A stretch of DNA of 64,000 bases from Gemmatimonadales bacterium (GCA_049680185.1 JBAUHI010000076.1:4339-68338); one strand, 5' to 3'; shown: positions 16,466 to 26,799, numbered from the stretch's first letter. Made by a program: numbers and translations. Notes: generated by a model not told the origin, from the letters alone.

Positions 16466-18634
16466 ATGCCTTCCCGCGTCATCCGCCAGCTGGGCCGCTG
16501 GTGGCACACTCCCGTTATCCGCCGCTGGACCCTCACCGTGGCGTTCTCGGCCCTGGGGTTCGGCACGGCGCTGCTGTGGGGGTCGTGGGCCCGGGCCTGC
16601 CTCAATAATGCCTGTCCCTCCGTCGCGAGCGTCGGCGGCTACGACGCCGACCAGGCCTCCAAGGTCTACGCCGCCGACGGGCGCCTGGTCACCGATTTCG
16701 GGCTGCAGCGCCGGACGGTGATCTCGCTCAACCAGATGTCCCCCGCCGTGATCGCCGCCTTCCTTGCCACCGAGGACAAGCGCTTCTACCGCCACCACGG
16801 GATCGACTGGATCCGTGTCCTGGGTGCGATGAAGGACATGGTGATCGAACGGCGGATCGCCGGCGGGGCATCGACGATCACGATGCAGTTGGCGGGCAAC
16901 CTCTGGCCCGAGGAGATCGACCGCAACGACCGATCCTTCCGGCGCAAGCTGCGCGAGGCCCAGGTGGCGCTCGAGCTCGAGCGCACCTACCCGAAGGACA
17001 AGATCCTCGAGCTCTACCTCAACCAGATCGACCTCGGCAACCGCGCATTCGGGGTCGAGGCTGCGGCGCAGCGCTACTTCGGCAAGTCGGCCCGGGACTT
17101 GAATGTGGCCGAGGCAGCGACGCTTGCGGCGCTGCCGAAGAGCCCGGCCTACTACAACCCTCGCCGCCACCGGCTGCACTCCATCGAGCGCCGCAACACC
17201 ATCATCAACCTCCTGCGTGATAACGGGTACCTGACCGCCGCGGAGGCAGAGCGGTGGAAGGCCTATCCGCTGATCCTGTCCAATCGCTCCGACTTCAGCG
17301 AGGTGGCGCCGTATTTCACCGAGTATGTGCGTCAGCTGATGGAGGCGCGCTTCGGTTCCGACCTCTACACCTCGGGGTACCGGATCCACACGACCCTGGA
17401 CCTGGACATCCAGCTCACGGCGGAGCGTTCCCTCGAAGCACAGCTCGAGGACATCGAGAACGGCCAATACGGTCCGTATCACCACGAGACCTACGCCCAG
17501 TACATCCAGGAGAAGGCCGACAAGGGGGACGCGTCGCAGGAGGGGCCGACCTATTCGCCCTATCTCCAGGGGATCTCTGTGGTGCTCGAGGCCAAGACGG
17601 GGAACATCCTGGCGATGGTGGGTGGCCGTGACTTCGATGACAGCAAGTTCAATCGCACGGTCAACGCCCGCCGCCAGCCGGGCTCGACCTTCAAGCCGTT
17701 CGTGTACTCGGCCGCGCTCCGCGCCGGACATCCGCTCTCCGAGATCCTGGTCGATGAGCCCATCAGCGTGCCGATGGGCCCGACCGAGCCGCCGTGGGAG
17801 CCGCAGAACTACGACCAGACGTTCCGGGGTCCGATGTCCCTCCGCCAGGCGCTCACGATGTCCGACAACATCGTGACGATCCGTCTGGGGATGGAGGAAC
17901 TGGGGGAACAGGCGGTGATCGCCGAGGCCACCAAGTTCGGGATCACCACCAAGATCCCGAGCGTGCCATCGATCCACATCGGTTCCGCAGACGTGCAGCC
18001 GTTGGAGATGATCTCGGCATACACCGCGTTCGCCAATCTCGGCCCGCGGAGCGTGCCGAACCCGATCCTCTGGGTCGAGGACAAGGACGGCAACATCGTC
18101 TGGCGCCCCCAGGTACAGCTCAAGCCGGTGATGGATTCGGACCAGGCCTGGCTCCTGGTCGACGTGATGCGCGACGTCCTTCGGAGTCCAATGGGGAGCG
18201 CCCATCAGGCGTGGGTCAATGCCAACTTGGACCTCCCGGCTGCCGGCAAGACCGGCACCACGGATGACGGCGCCGACGTCTGGTTCATCGGCTACACCCC
18301 GGATCTCGTGGCAGGCATCTGGATGGGTCTCGACAAGCCGGAGCGGATCAAGAACGGCGCGGTGGGCGGCGTGCTCGCCGCACCGGCCTGGATGGCGATG
18401 ATGAAGGACATCTACCAGCGGCGGGCGGTCCCCAAGGACCCCTGGCCGCGTCCGGCGGATCTCACCTTCGCCGAGATCGATCGCCAATCGGGCGAACGGG
18501 CGTTGCCGTTCTGCCCCACCGAGAATCGGTTCATCGAGTCCTACATCCCCGGGACCGAACCGAAGACGTACTGCCACCTGCACGCATTCAATCCAGTCGG
18601 TGGTACCGCCCCGCAATATCCCGGACAGCACTGA
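16466..18634 (+). CDS. Penicillin-binding protein 1A (bifunctional transglycosylase/transpeptidase)
   Basis: EDKRFYRHHGID and ITMQLAGNL (GT51 motifs). GSTFKP (SxxK), MSDN (SxN), AGKTGTT (KTG). Confidence 0.92.
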   Translation: MPSRVIRQLGRWWHTPVIRRWTLTVAFSALGFGTALLWGSWARACLNNACPSVASVGGYDADQASKVYAADGRLVTDFGLQRRTVISLNQMSPAVIAAFLATEDKRFYRHHGIDWIRVLGAMKDMVIERRIAGGASTITMQLAGNLWPEEIDRNDRSFRRKLREAQVALELERTYPKDKILELYLNQIDLGNRAFGVEAAAQRYFGKSARDLNVAEAATLAALPKSPAYYNPRRHRLHSIERRNTIINLLRDNGYLTAAEAERWKAYPLILSNRSDFSEVAPYFTEYVRQLMEARFGSDLYTSGYRIHTTLDLDIQLTAERSLEAQLEDIENGQYGPYHHETYAQYIQEKADKGDASQEGPTYSPYLQGISVVLEAKTGNILAMVGGRDFDDSKFNRTVNARRQPGSTFKPFVYSAALRAGHPLSEILVDEPISVPMGPTEPPWEPQNYDQTFRGPMSLRQALTMSDNIVTIRLGMEELGEQAVIAEATKFGITTKIPSVPSIHIGSADVQPLEMISAYTAFANLGPRSVPNPILWVEDKDGNIVWRPQVQLKPVMDSDQAWLLVDVMRDVLRSPMGSAHQAWVNANLDLPAAGKTGTTDDGADVWFIGYTPDLVAGIWMGLDKPERIKNGAVGGVLAAPAWMAMMKDIYQRRAVPKDPWPRPADLTFAEIDRQSGERALPFCPTENRFIESYIPGTEPKTYCHLHAFNPVGGTAPQYPGQH

Positions 18635-18638
18635 ACGC

Positions 18639-19883
18639 GTGAGCCACCCCGTCATCGGTGCCGACTGGGTGGTCCCGATGGCGGGGCCGCCAGTGGCACA
18701 GGGGGAGCTTGTCCTCGCCGATGACGGACGCATTGCCGCGGTCCGATCCCCCGAGCTCCAGCCCTCCCGACACTCCGGCCCCACGGCGCTCCTTCCGGGG
18801 CTCGTCAACGCCCACACCCATCTCGAGCTCACCGGATTCGACGGTCTGGTCGATGACGCCGACTTCTCTGCGTGGATCCCGCACATCATCCGGCTCAAGG
18901 CGGCCCGCACGGCCGACCAGTTCCTCGCTGCGGCCCGCCAGGGGGTCCGCGATTGCTGGGCGATAGGCGTCACCTCCGTCGCCGACTGCGGTGATTCCGG
19001 CGCAGTGATCGAGGCGCTCCACGAACTCGGCGCCAGCGGCATCGCCTACCATGAGGTGTTCGGCCCCGATCCCGCCGACGCCCAAGTCCAGTTCTCGAAG
19101 TGGACGGCACGGATGCTCGAGCTGCGGCGGTTCGCGTCGGCCCGGGTGACCCTCGGCGCCTCGCCGCACGCCCCGTACACGGTGAGCGGCGAGCTGTACC
19201 GGCTCGCCGCACAGTGGGCCCGTGGGCAGGGCATGCCGATCGCGGTCCATGTCGCGGAGGCGCCGGACGAAGTGGCGCTGCTGCGTGACGGGAGCGGCGG
19301 GTTCGCCGAGGGGTGGCGGCGTCGGGGCGTTCCGCTCCCCAAGGCGGGATGCTCGCCGGTCCAGTGGCTCGATCGCCACGGCGTGTTCGGTCCCGACACC
19401 ATTGCGATCCACACCATCCACGTCGACGGAGCCGACGTCGAGACCCTCGCGCGCCGGGGGTGTGGGGTGGCACATTGCCCCCGGTCCAATCGGCGCCATC
19501 GTCACGGTGACGCCCCGCTTCCGCTCCTCCTCAGCAGGATCGACCGAGTGGGCGTGGGCACAGATTCCGTCGCCAGTGTGGCACCCCTCGACCTCCTGGC
19601 CGAGGTCCGTGCGGCCCGGGCGCTCGCCGGGTGCTCGGCCGAACGGGCGCTGGAGTGGGCGACCATCGGTGCCGCCCGAGCGATCGGGCTCGACCGGGAC
19701 GTCGGCACGCTCGAGTCCGGCAAGTGGGGTGATGCCGTCGCGATCCGGCTTCCCGGCGGGACCACCGCCGACCGGCTCCACGAGGCCATCCTCGCGAGCT
19801 CGCCGTCGGACGTGATCTGCACCTGGGTGTCCGGGCGGGTGGTGTACGGGTCGTGGGATGCCATCGCAGGAAGGGAATCGTGA
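18639..19883 (+). CDS. Amidohydrolase-superfamily metal-dependent hydrolase (chlorohydrolase/deaminase-like)
   Basis: LLPGLVNAHTHLELT (HxH metal site), AVHVAE, IHTIHVD, GTDSVAS. The in-frame GTG at 18639 avoids the overlap with PBP1A; the track start at 18600 remains possible. Confidence 0.7.
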   Translation: MSHPVIGADWVVPMAGPPVAQGELVLADDGRIAAVRSPELQPSRHSGPTALLPGLVNAHTHLELTGFDGLVDDADFSAWIPHIIRLKAARTADQFLAAARQGVRDCWAIGVTSVADCGDSGAVIEALHELGASGIAYHEVFGPDPADAQVQFSKWTARMLELRRFASARVTLGASPHAPYTVSGELYRLAAQWARGQGMPIAVHVAEAPDEVALLRDGSGGFAEGWRRRGVPLPKAGCSPVQWLDRHGVFGPDTIAIHTIHVDGADVETLARRGCGVAHCPRSNRRHRHGDAPLPLLLSRIDRVGVGTDSVASVAPLDLLAEVRAARALAGCSAERALEWATIGAARAIGLDRDVGTLESGKWGDAVAIRLPGGTTADRLHEAILASSPSDVICTWVSGRVVYGSWDAIAGRES

Positions 19884-19890
19884 ACTTCGA

Positions 19891-20334
19891 ATGAAATCCC
19901 GTCGCCACGCGCTCATCCTCCGCGCGATCAGCGAGGAACGCATCGAGAACCAGGACCGCCTCCGCGCGGCGCTGGCCCGCCACGGCGTCGAGGTCACCCA
20001 AGCCACGTTGTCGAGGGACCTGCGGGAGCTCGGGCTCGTCAAACTATCGGATCCTGCTGGCGGGGGGTTCTACGCCCGTCCCGAAGAGGCGTCCCTCCGT
20101 CCTGCGCTCGAGAAGCTGCTGCCCGCGCTCCTGCTGTCGGTGGATGGGGTGGGTCCGATGATCGTGCTCAAGACCGCCGAAGGGGCGGCCGGAGCGGTGA
20201 CTGCCGCGCTGGATCAGGCCGGGTGGGAGGATGTCATCGGGACCATCGCGGGCGATGACACGATCCTGATGATCACCAGGAGTGAACGCGCCCGCATCCT
20301 CGTGGCCGATCGCATCAAGGCGATCATCGGCTAG
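19891..20334 (+). CDS. argR: Arginine repressor
   Basis: ATG at 19891: MKSRRHALILRAISEERIENQDRLRAALARHGVEVTQATLSRDLRELGLVK (winged-helix domain), C-terminal GTIAGDDTILMI oligomerisation motif. Confidence 0.88.
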   Translation: MKSRRHALILRAISEERIENQDRLRAALARHGVEVTQATLSRDLRELGLVKLSDPAGGGFYARPEEASLRPALEKLLPALLLSVDGVGPMIVLKTAEGAAGAVTAALDQAGWEDVIGTIAGDDTILMITRSERARILVADRIKAIIG

Positions 20335-20450
20335 CTGTCACGTTTTCCGGTGCACCACAGGCGAATCCCCTTGCCCGCCAGAAGTATCGCCGTTACGCTA
20401 CAAGGCAAGTGATTACCGCCCTTGCAGTTGGGTCGAACAGGAGGACCGGG

Positions 20451-21002
20451 GTGCGTTGCCTCGCATTGAACGCGTCGTTCGAACCGTTGACGATGGTGCC
20501 GGTCCGCCGGGCGCTTCGGCTTGTCATTGAGGGCAAGGCCGAGGTCGTCGAGGCGGACCGGAACGAGGTCATTCGGAGCGAGCGCCTCACGTTGCCGAGG
20601 CCGTCGATCATCCGATTGGTCAAGTTCGTGCACGTGCCCCGCCGATTCCGCCGCCAGGTCACCAACACGTTCCTCTTCGCGCGCGACAACTACAGTTGCC
20701 AGTACTGCCAGCGGAACCAGGCGCAGTTGCGCCCGCGCGAGTGCCTGACGCGTGATCACCTCGTGCCGATCTCCCGGGGCGGCGGCAACGAATGGACCAA
20801 TGTCGTGACCGCCTGCAGCAGCTGCAACACGCGCAAGGGGAATCAATTGCCGGACGAGTGCGGCATGCATCCGCATTCCGTGCCGCACGAGCCTCACTTC
20901 GTGCACCTCGCCTGGGCGGTCCGGAGCCTCACGCCGATCCAATCCAAGTACATCCGGCTCTTCTACGGGCCGGAGGCGCTCCGGGCGCTCGGCGGACGCT
21001 GA
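20451..21002 (+). CDS. HNH endonuclease-family protein
   Basis: GTG at 20451 preceded by AGGAGG (7-nt spacing). RCLALNASFEPL..., CQYCQ...DHLVPISRGGGNEWTNVVTACSSCNTRKGN (HNH with Zn-binding Cys pairs). Confidence 0.8.
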   Translation: MRCLALNASFEPLTMVPVRRALRLVIEGKAEVVEADRNEVIRSERLTLPRPSIIRLVKFVHVPRRFRRQVTNTFLFARDNYSCQYCQRNQAQLRPRECLTRDHLVPISRGGGNEWTNVVTACSSCNTRKGNQLPDECGMHPHSVPHEPHFVHLAWAVRSLTPIQSKYIRLFYGPEALRALGGR

Positions 21003-21004
21003 GG

Positions 21005-21991
21005 GTGGCGGCACGGCCCGTGCCGCCCACCGGGCCCGCCGTCGGTGTCATGCCGTCAAGTCGCGCCGGCGATTTCATCCTTGCCACCGGCCTCTTCAAC
21101 GCCATCAAGCAATGGTCTCCGACGGCGGAACTCACCGTCGTGGTCGGCCGTCGCGCCGCGGAGCTCGCCCGCTGGCATCCTGCGATCGACCGGGTGCTGG
21201 TGTTCGATTGGGGTCCGCTCTGCGTGTTCCCGTTCCTCCGCGAACTCCGCCGCCGTCGGTTCGACGCGTGGCTCGATCCCAAGGACCACTTCAGCCGGAA
21301 CCAGTCGTTCGTGGCCCGGGCAGCACGCGCGCAGGTCAAGGTCGGGTTCAACCGACCTGCCGGTGGGCCATTCCATCGGCAACTTCCGCCGCCCGCAGAT
21401 CCGCCTCGACACATGAGCGAGATGTTGCTGGCTCCCCTGGCCCTGCTCGGTGTTCGACCCGATCTGCCTCCGACGCTCTCCCTCGGCCTTCCGCCGGCGT
21501 CGGTGGCGCGCGCCGAGGCGCTGCTGGCCGATGGCCGGGGTCGTCAGGTGCTGATGAACATCTCGGCCGGCCGGGCGGACCGTTACTGGGAGGAGTCGAA
21601 GTGGGTCGAATGGGCGGTGGCCGCCTCCCGGATGGACCCGGCTCGGTTCTGGCTCACGTCCTCGCCGGACGATGGCGACCTCGCCGAACGGATCGTGGAG
21701 GCCGTGCGACGGCGGGGCGGAGCGCTGCGGCGGTTACCGCCGGGTTCGTTGCTGGACGTGGCGGCGGTCGTGGCCCGGATGGACGCCGTCGTGACGATGG
21801 ACACGTCCATCGTCCACCTGGCGAGCGTCTTCGAACGCCCCATCGTCGCCCTCTTCTCCAACTATGAGGCCAATTTCCAGTGGTTCGGGCCCCTGAGCCC
21901 GGCCCGGGTCGTGGTGCGCGGTGATCGCATCGCCGACATCCCGGTAGCAGATGTGGTGTCCGCCTACGAGCGACTGCTGGCGGGTCGATGA
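21005..21991 (+). CDS. Glycosyltransferase family 9-like, tandem paralog 1
   Basis: Alignable along its length with the next gene (SRAGDFILATGLFNAIK / ARAGDFILTTGLFNAIK; WLDPKDHFSRNQSFVAR / WLDPKEHFSRNQTLVAR; MDTSIVHLASVF / VDTSIVHIAAVF). The start (GTG 21005 or ATG 21050) is uncertain. Confidence 0.7.
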   Translation: MAARPVPPTGPAVGVMPSSRAGDFILATGLFNAIKQWSPTAELTVVVGRRAAELARWHPAIDRVLVFDWGPLCVFPFLRELRRRRFDAWLDPKDHFSRNQSFVARAARAQVKVGFNRPAGGPFHRQLPPPADPPRHMSEMLLAPLALLGVRPDLPPTLSLGLPPASVARAEALLADGRGRQVLMNISAGRADRYWEESKWVEWAVAASRMDPARFWLTSSPDDGDLAERIVEAVRRRGGALRRLPPGSLLDVAAVVARMDAVVTMDTSIVHLASVFERPIVALFSNYEANFQWFGPLSPARVVVRGDRIADIPVADVVSAYERLLAGR

Positions 21992-22962
21992 GCGGGCGCC
22001 GGATCGCGGTCATCCCATATGCGCGTGCCGGTGATTTCATCCTCACCACCGGCCTGTTCAACGCGATCAAGGCCGCCGATCCAGGAATCGAGCTCACGGT
22101 GATCGCCGGCCCGCGCACGGCGGACCTGGCCCGCCATCACCCCGCGATCGATCGCGTGCTCACGTTCGACCGGAATCCTGTCCGCCTCGTGCCGTTCCTG
22201 GTCCGGCTTCGGGTCCGGGAGTTCGAGGTCTGGCTCGACCCCAAGGAACATTTCAGCCGCAACCAGACCCTGGTGGCAAGAATGGCCCGCGCCCGCCTCA
22301 AGGTCGGATTCAATCGGCCATCCGGCGGGCCGTTCGACCGACAGGTGGGGCCGCCAGCCGACCCCACGCGTCACTTTGCGGAGATGATGTTGTCGCCGCT
22401 CACCTTGGCAGACTTCCCGCACGAGCCCAAGCCGCATCTCAGCCTCGGCATCCCACCGGCCTCGGCCCAGTGGGCGGACGCGTTGCTCGGCCCCCGCACG
22501 CCATTCGAGGTGCTTGTCAACGTGTCGGCCGGAAGGCCCGAGCGGTATTGGGAGGGATCGAAGTGGATCGCACTGCTGCCGGCAGCGATGCGTTCGCGGC
22601 CTGCGCGGTTCTGGTTGAGTGCCGCACCGGAAGACCACGCGATGGCGGAGGGGATCGTCGATGCGGTGCGGCGGGACGGTGTCGATATCCACCGCCTCCC
22701 GCCCGGGTCGTTGCTCGACGTGGCCGCGATGGTGGAACGGGTGGATGCGGTACTGACGGTGGACACGTCGATCGTGCACATCGCAGCGGTGTTCGGGCGC
22801 CCGATCGTGGCATTGTATCGGGACCACCTCCCCGACCGCGACCGGTTCCGCCCCTTGAGTCCGCGTCAGGAGGTCCTGTTGAGCTCCCCCGATGGTCGGG
22901 TGGCCGAGATCGCCGTGGAGGACGTCCGGCGCGCCTGGGAGAGGCTCGTCAGCGGATCCTGA
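21988..22962 (+). CDS. Glycosyltransferase family 9-like, tandem paralog 2
   Basis: ATGA overlap with paralog 1. Same motif order, with the C-terminal GT9-like VDTSIVHIAAVFGRPIVALY. Confidence 0.7.
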   Translation: MSGRRIAVIPYARAGDFILTTGLFNAIKAADPGIELTVIAGPRTADLARHHPAIDRVLTFDRNPVRLVPFLVRLRVREFEVWLDPKEHFSRNQTLVARMARARLKVGFNRPSGGPFDRQVGPPADPTRHFAEMMLSPLTLADFPHEPKPHLSLGIPPASAQWADALLGPRTPFEVLVNVSAGRPERYWEGSKWIALLPAAMRSRPARFWLSAAPEDHAMAEGIVDAVRRDGVDIHRLPPGSLLDVAAMVERVDAVLTVDTSIVHIAAVFGRPIVALYRDHLPDRDRFRPLSPRQEVLLSSPDGRVAEIAVEDVRRAWERLVSGS

Positions 22963-23596
22963 ACTTGGCCGATTGCTTCTCCAGCCGGAGACTTGGCAGT
23001 CCGGCGACCTGCAGGAGGATCCGTCGTACCCCCCGACCCAGTGCGCTGCCGACATCTTCGGTCCCGGTCGCCGCGGGGCCTACATCCCCCTGCAGGAACT
23101 GCTCCAGTTCCTTGATGTCGGTGTCGGAGAGCGTCGAGATGTCGAGCGCGACAGCGTAGTAGTACTGGCCGGATGCGGTCGGCTGGATCGCGATCCGCGT
23201 GAGTCGCCCGAGCCCGGCGGCCAGCGCGGCGCGGTCGACGTAATGGTCGATGCGGGTGTGACGCACGTCGACCGTGGCCACGGTGTACTGGTCGAGGAGC
23301 GGCTCGTGTCGGATCACCACGTCCCATTCGACCGACCGCTCGAAAGCGTCGAACCATGCGCGGGACCGCCAAAGTTCCAGGCGGTAGTGCAGCCGGATCG
23401 GGAATGCCGAGCTCAGCATCGTCTCGACCCGGGGATCGTCCAGCAGGTCGTCGGTGTGCAGGACCGCCTGACGAGCGCCGTTCGACGCCGTGTCGGGTGT
23501 GAGCGCGACGTCCAGTGCGACGCGGGCGTCCTGCGCCCACGCGCCGGGCGCCAGCAGCGCAGCGAACAGGCCGACCATCCACGCGATCCGCCGCAT
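22949..23596 (-). CDS. Secreted DUF4390-like protein
   Basis: Signal peptide MRRIAWMVGLFAALLAPGAWAQD. PIRLHYRLELWRSRAWFD...WDVVIRHEPLLDQYTV...YYYAVALDISTL resembles the DUF4390 pattern, a family known to sit beside NtrY/NtrX-type systems. Not verified by search. Confidence 0.5.
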   Translation of the reverse strand: MRRIAWMVGLFAALLAPGAWAQDARVALDVALTPDTASNGARQAVLHTDDLLDDPRVETMLSSAFPIRLHYRLELWRSRAWFDAFERSVEWDVVIRHEPLLDQYTVATVDVRHTRIDHYVDRAALAAGLGRLTRIAIQPTASGQYYYAVALDISTLSDTDIKELEQFLQGDVGPAATGTEDVGSALGRGVRRILLQVAGLPSLRLEKQSAKFRIR

Positions 23597-25351
23597 CTAG
23601 AACCGCTGCTGCAGGCGCACGATGAACTGCACTGGCTGACCGCTGGTGAATCCCTTGGCCAGGTATGCGCCGATCGACCCGGCATCGATGCCGACACCGA
23701 CGTCGGCCTTCCACTCGCGGAATGCCGGGATCCGGTCGTTGGGGACCCGCCCCGGCCCCGTGCCGGAGAGCCACGCATCCCCGGCGTCGGTGAAGACGAC
23801 CAGATCCGCCTCGCTCAGACCGAAGGCGCGGTCGAGGTCGGGGTGGTCCTTGTCCCGATAATGCCAGAGCAGTCCGAGACGGATGCGGCTGCGGAGCTCG
23901 ATCTGCGCGGCCAGCATCCGGTCACAGAGTGCCGGCGTCGCCGGGTCGGTGTAGCCCCCGGCGGCGCAATTCACCGCTCGAAAGTCATATCCCGGCAGCA
24001 CGTCGGGGCCGCCGAGAGCCACACGCTCTTGGACCGGCAAGGGGTCTCCGCCAAGCCAGCCGTCCCCCAGGACCCGGACATTGAGCCGCATGTCGGGGGT
24101 GAGCCGGTCGTACATCCGGGCGTCGAACCAGAGGCGGCTGAAGGCGTAAGAGCCATCGGTCGGGATCGCGCCGCGGATCGCGGTCGGCAGCAACAGTGGC
24201 GCCACGTTGCGGCTGCTGCTGTGTTCCACCCGCCCGCGCACCCACCACCCCGCGCTGGGCCGTTGATCCTGGTTGCGGTCATCGAATTCGAATCCCAGCC
24301 CGACCGTGGTGTACCGTCCGTCATCGATCAGCGGGTTGGGCCGCCAGGGTTGATCGCTGCGGAACAACGACCATGCGGTCGCCGAATGCACGGATCGTTG
24401 CCGCTCCGATCGCGCGCCGAGCTCGAGCCGAAAGTCGGGCCCGAAGTGGCTGAAGAAGTATCCACCGATGCCCTCGTTGATGTAGTAGTCCCGATAGTCC
24501 CGGCGCAGGAGCAAGGCGGCCCAGCCATCCTCGGCACGGGAGAGCGGCTGGTCCTCGATCGACGCCACGGTCTGCGATGCGCGAAGCCCGAACCCGATCG
24601 CGTGGCGCTTTCGGGCGCCGAGATTCCACTCCGTGCTCGCGAGGTAGCCCACGTCCTCGCGCAGGTCGGTCGGATCCCCGGCGGTCCGGATGATCGCCTG
24701 GAGATCGAGCCGCGCCGTGGTATGCGGGCCCGCCTGCCAGTCGAAACGGGGTCCCAGCGTCACCGGCAGCCCTTCGACCCGGTTGTAGGTCCCACCGGAG
24801 CTCAGGAAGAGCGTGGTCCGGACCTGTCCGGTCTGGAAGGAGCGTTGAGCTCCGCCGAAATCCAGGATCCCCTGGCGGCGGGCGTGGTACTCGAGCGAGC
24901 CTTCGCTGTTGCGGATGACCGGGGCCGCTTGCGCCACCTGGTCGGTCGACCCGTCCCGCACACTTCCGGAGTCGGCAAGGAACGATCCGCCGACCACCAG
25001 GATGTCTCCGCGGACCACCGCGGTCGACCGGAGCCGGAGGTCTCCGTTGATGACCACCAGCGGCCCCTCCACTTCACCCGCGATCGAGACCGGTCCGCGG
25101 AGCACTGCCACCGGTCCGGTCATCCGGGCACCACGGGGCAGCACTACTTCACCCTCCAGGCGGGTGGTCGCGCCGTCATTGTAGAAGGCCAGCAGACGCT
25201 GCACGAGTCCCGGAGGAAGGCCCGGGCGTTCGGAGGCCTGGTCCACTGGCGCGTCCGGGTTGATCACGATGACGCTGTCCTGGGCCGTGACCCGTGTTGC
25301 CGGGATCGACGCACCGAGGACCAGCCATCCGATCATCAGGTATCTTCGCAT
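23597..25351 (-). CDS. Outer-membrane protein: N-terminal bactofilin-like beta-helix repeats plus Omp85/surface-antigen-type beta-barrel
   Basis: ATG at 25351: MRRYLMIGWLVLGASIPATRVTAQD (signal peptide). GPVAVLRGPVSIAGEVEGPLVVINGDLRLRSTAVVRGDILVVGG. LGGPDVLPGYDF (Omp85 loop-6-like), C-terminal ...FIVRLQQRF. Confidence 0.6.
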   Translation of the reverse strand: MRRYLMIGWLVLGASIPATRVTAQDSVIVINPDAPVDQASERPGLPPGLVQRLLAFYNDGATTRLEGEVVLPRGARMTGPVAVLRGPVSIAGEVEGPLVVINGDLRLRSTAVVRGDILVVGGSFLADSGSVRDGSTDQVAQAAPVIRNSEGSLEYHARRQGILDFGGAQRSFQTGQVRTTLFLSSGGTYNRVEGLPVTLGPRFDWQAGPHTTARLDLQAIIRTAGDPTDLREDVGYLASTEWNLGARKRHAIGFGLRASQTVASIEDQPLSRAEDGWAALLLRRDYRDYYINEGIGGYFFSHFGPDFRLELGARSERQRSVHSATAWSLFRSDQPWRPNPLIDDGRYTTVGLGFEFDDRNQDQRPSAGWWVRGRVEHSSSRNVAPLLLPTAIRGAIPTDGSYAFSRLWFDARMYDRLTPDMRLNVRVLGDGWLGGDPLPVQERVALGGPDVLPGYDFRAVNCAAGGYTDPATPALCDRMLAAQIELRSRIRLGLLWHYRDKDHPDLDRAFGLSEADLVVFTDAGDAWLSGTGPGRVPNDRIPAFREWKADVGVGIDAGSIGAYLAKGFTSGQPVQFIVRLQQRF

Positions 25352-25433
25352 GCGCCTCCCCACTGGTGACGATCCCACACCCTGCAGTCGAGTGTCCGCT
25401 CCACCATCTGCCGCCCGGTTCCCCGCACGATCG

Positions 25434-26786
25434 CTACAATCCCAGCCGTCGCATCCGTCGGTACAGGTTGGCGCGGTCGGTGCGCAGCTGCCGCGCCGCT
25501 TCGGCAACGTTCCCGTCGGCACGCGCGATCGCGTTCCCGATCAGCTCCCGCTCGTAGGCATCGAGCGATTCGACCAACGGCAGGCCCTGGGCGCCGTCCG
25601 AGGACGGTGCCGGATCACCGGGTACCCGACCCGCCGGGATGACCTGCATGACCGCCTCGAGGCCGATCTCGGTGCCGCCACCACCCAGGATGAGCAGCCG
25701 CTCGACCACGTTGGCGAGTTCCCGCACGTTGCCGGGCCACGCGTACTGCCGCAGCGCCTCGAGCGCCTCGGCACTGAACCGGGGTGGTTGCCGCGGACGA
25801 AGCTTCCGGGTGAAGTGGACCACCAGTTCCGCGACATCCCCCGCGCGGGCCCGCAGCGGTGGCAGCTCGATGGGGAACACATTCAGCCGGAAGAAGAGAT
25901 CTTCGCGGAATCCGCCGCCTGCGACCGCCTGGTCCAGGCGTTTGTTCGTGGCGGCCAGCATCCGCACATCGACCCGTTCGCTCCGCTCCGCGCCGAGTCG
26001 TTGCAACTCGCCGGTCTCCAAGACGCGTAACAATTTGGCCTGTGCTTCGGGGTGGAGGTCGCCCACTTCGTCGAGGAAGATCGTGCCCCGGTCGGCCAGG
26101 GAGAAGCGGCCCAGTCGGCGGTCGGTCGCCCCGGTGAACGCCCCTTTCTCGTGCCCGAAGAGTTCCGATTCCACGAGGTCACGCGGGATGGCCGCGCAGT
26201 TGACCGGGATGAAGGCGCGGCGGGACCGTCGACTGGCGCGATGGATGGCGAGCGCCACCAGTTCCTTGCCGGTGCCGGATTCACCGGTGATGAGCACCCG
26301 TGCATCGGTCGGTGCCACCTGCGCCACCAACGACCGGACGGCGCCGAGCGCCTGGCTGGATCCGACCAGCTCGCCATCGACCGTGAGCGCCGCCCGCAGG
26401 GTGCGGTTCTCTATTTGGGTGCGTCGCAGCTCGAGCGCCGCGCGCAGGGTCACCAGCGCGGACTCGGGGGAGAGCGGCTTCTCCAGGAACTGGAAGGCCC
26501 CCAGCTGGGTGGCGCGCACCGCATCCGAGAGCTGGGCCTTGCCGCTCATCATGATGACGGGCGCATCCACGCCCCGTTCGCGGAGTGTTGCCAGGGTGGT
26601 GAGGCCGTCGGGTCCCGGCGGCATCATCAGGTCTAGGAACACCGCATCGGGGTCTACCGCGTCGACGGCCAGCAGCGCGGCATTGCCGTTGGCGGCCTCG
26701 GTCACGTCGAACCCCTCGGAGCGGAGCAGGGCCCCGAGCATCCGACGGATGTTCGCCTCATCGTCGATCAGAAGTATCGTTGGCAT
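25434..26786 (-). CDS. Sigma-54-dependent response regulator (NtrC/NtrX family)
   Basis: ATG at 26786: MPTILLIDDEANIRR...FLDLMMP (receiver). ITGESGTGKELVA (Walker A), ESELFGHEKGAFTGA (GAFTGA), C-terminal HTH NVAEAARQLRTDRANLYRRMRRLGL. Confidence 0.9.
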   Translation of the reverse strand: MPTILLIDDEANIRRMLGALLRSEGFDVTEAANGNAALLAVDAVDPDAVFLDLMMPPGPDGLTTLATLRERGVDAPVIMMSGKAQLSDAVRATQLGAFQFLEKPLSPESALVTLRAALELRRTQIENRTLRAALTVDGELVGSSQALGAVRSLVAQVAPTDARVLITGESGTGKELVALAIHRASRRSRRAFIPVNCAAIPRDLVESELFGHEKGAFTGATDRRLGRFSLADRGTIFLDEVGDLHPEAQAKLLRVLETGELQRLGAERSERVDVRMLAATNKRLDQAVAGGGFREDLFFRLNVFPIELPPLRARAGDVAELVVHFTRKLRPRQPPRFSAEALEALRQYAWPGNVRELANVVERLLILGGGGTEIGLEAVMQVIPAGRVPGDPAPSSDGAQGLPLVESLDAYERELIGNAIARADGNVAEAARQLRTDRANLYRRMRRLGL

Positions 26787-26799
26787 CTGTGCTCGGTCG

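Noticed and set aside
20451-21002. HNH endonuclease as a mobile homing element or restriction/defence gene.
   Set aside because: No intron, intein, methyltransferase, integrase or repeats flank it. Composition matches the host. The N-terminal region and size match a widespread stand-alone chromosomal HNH family.
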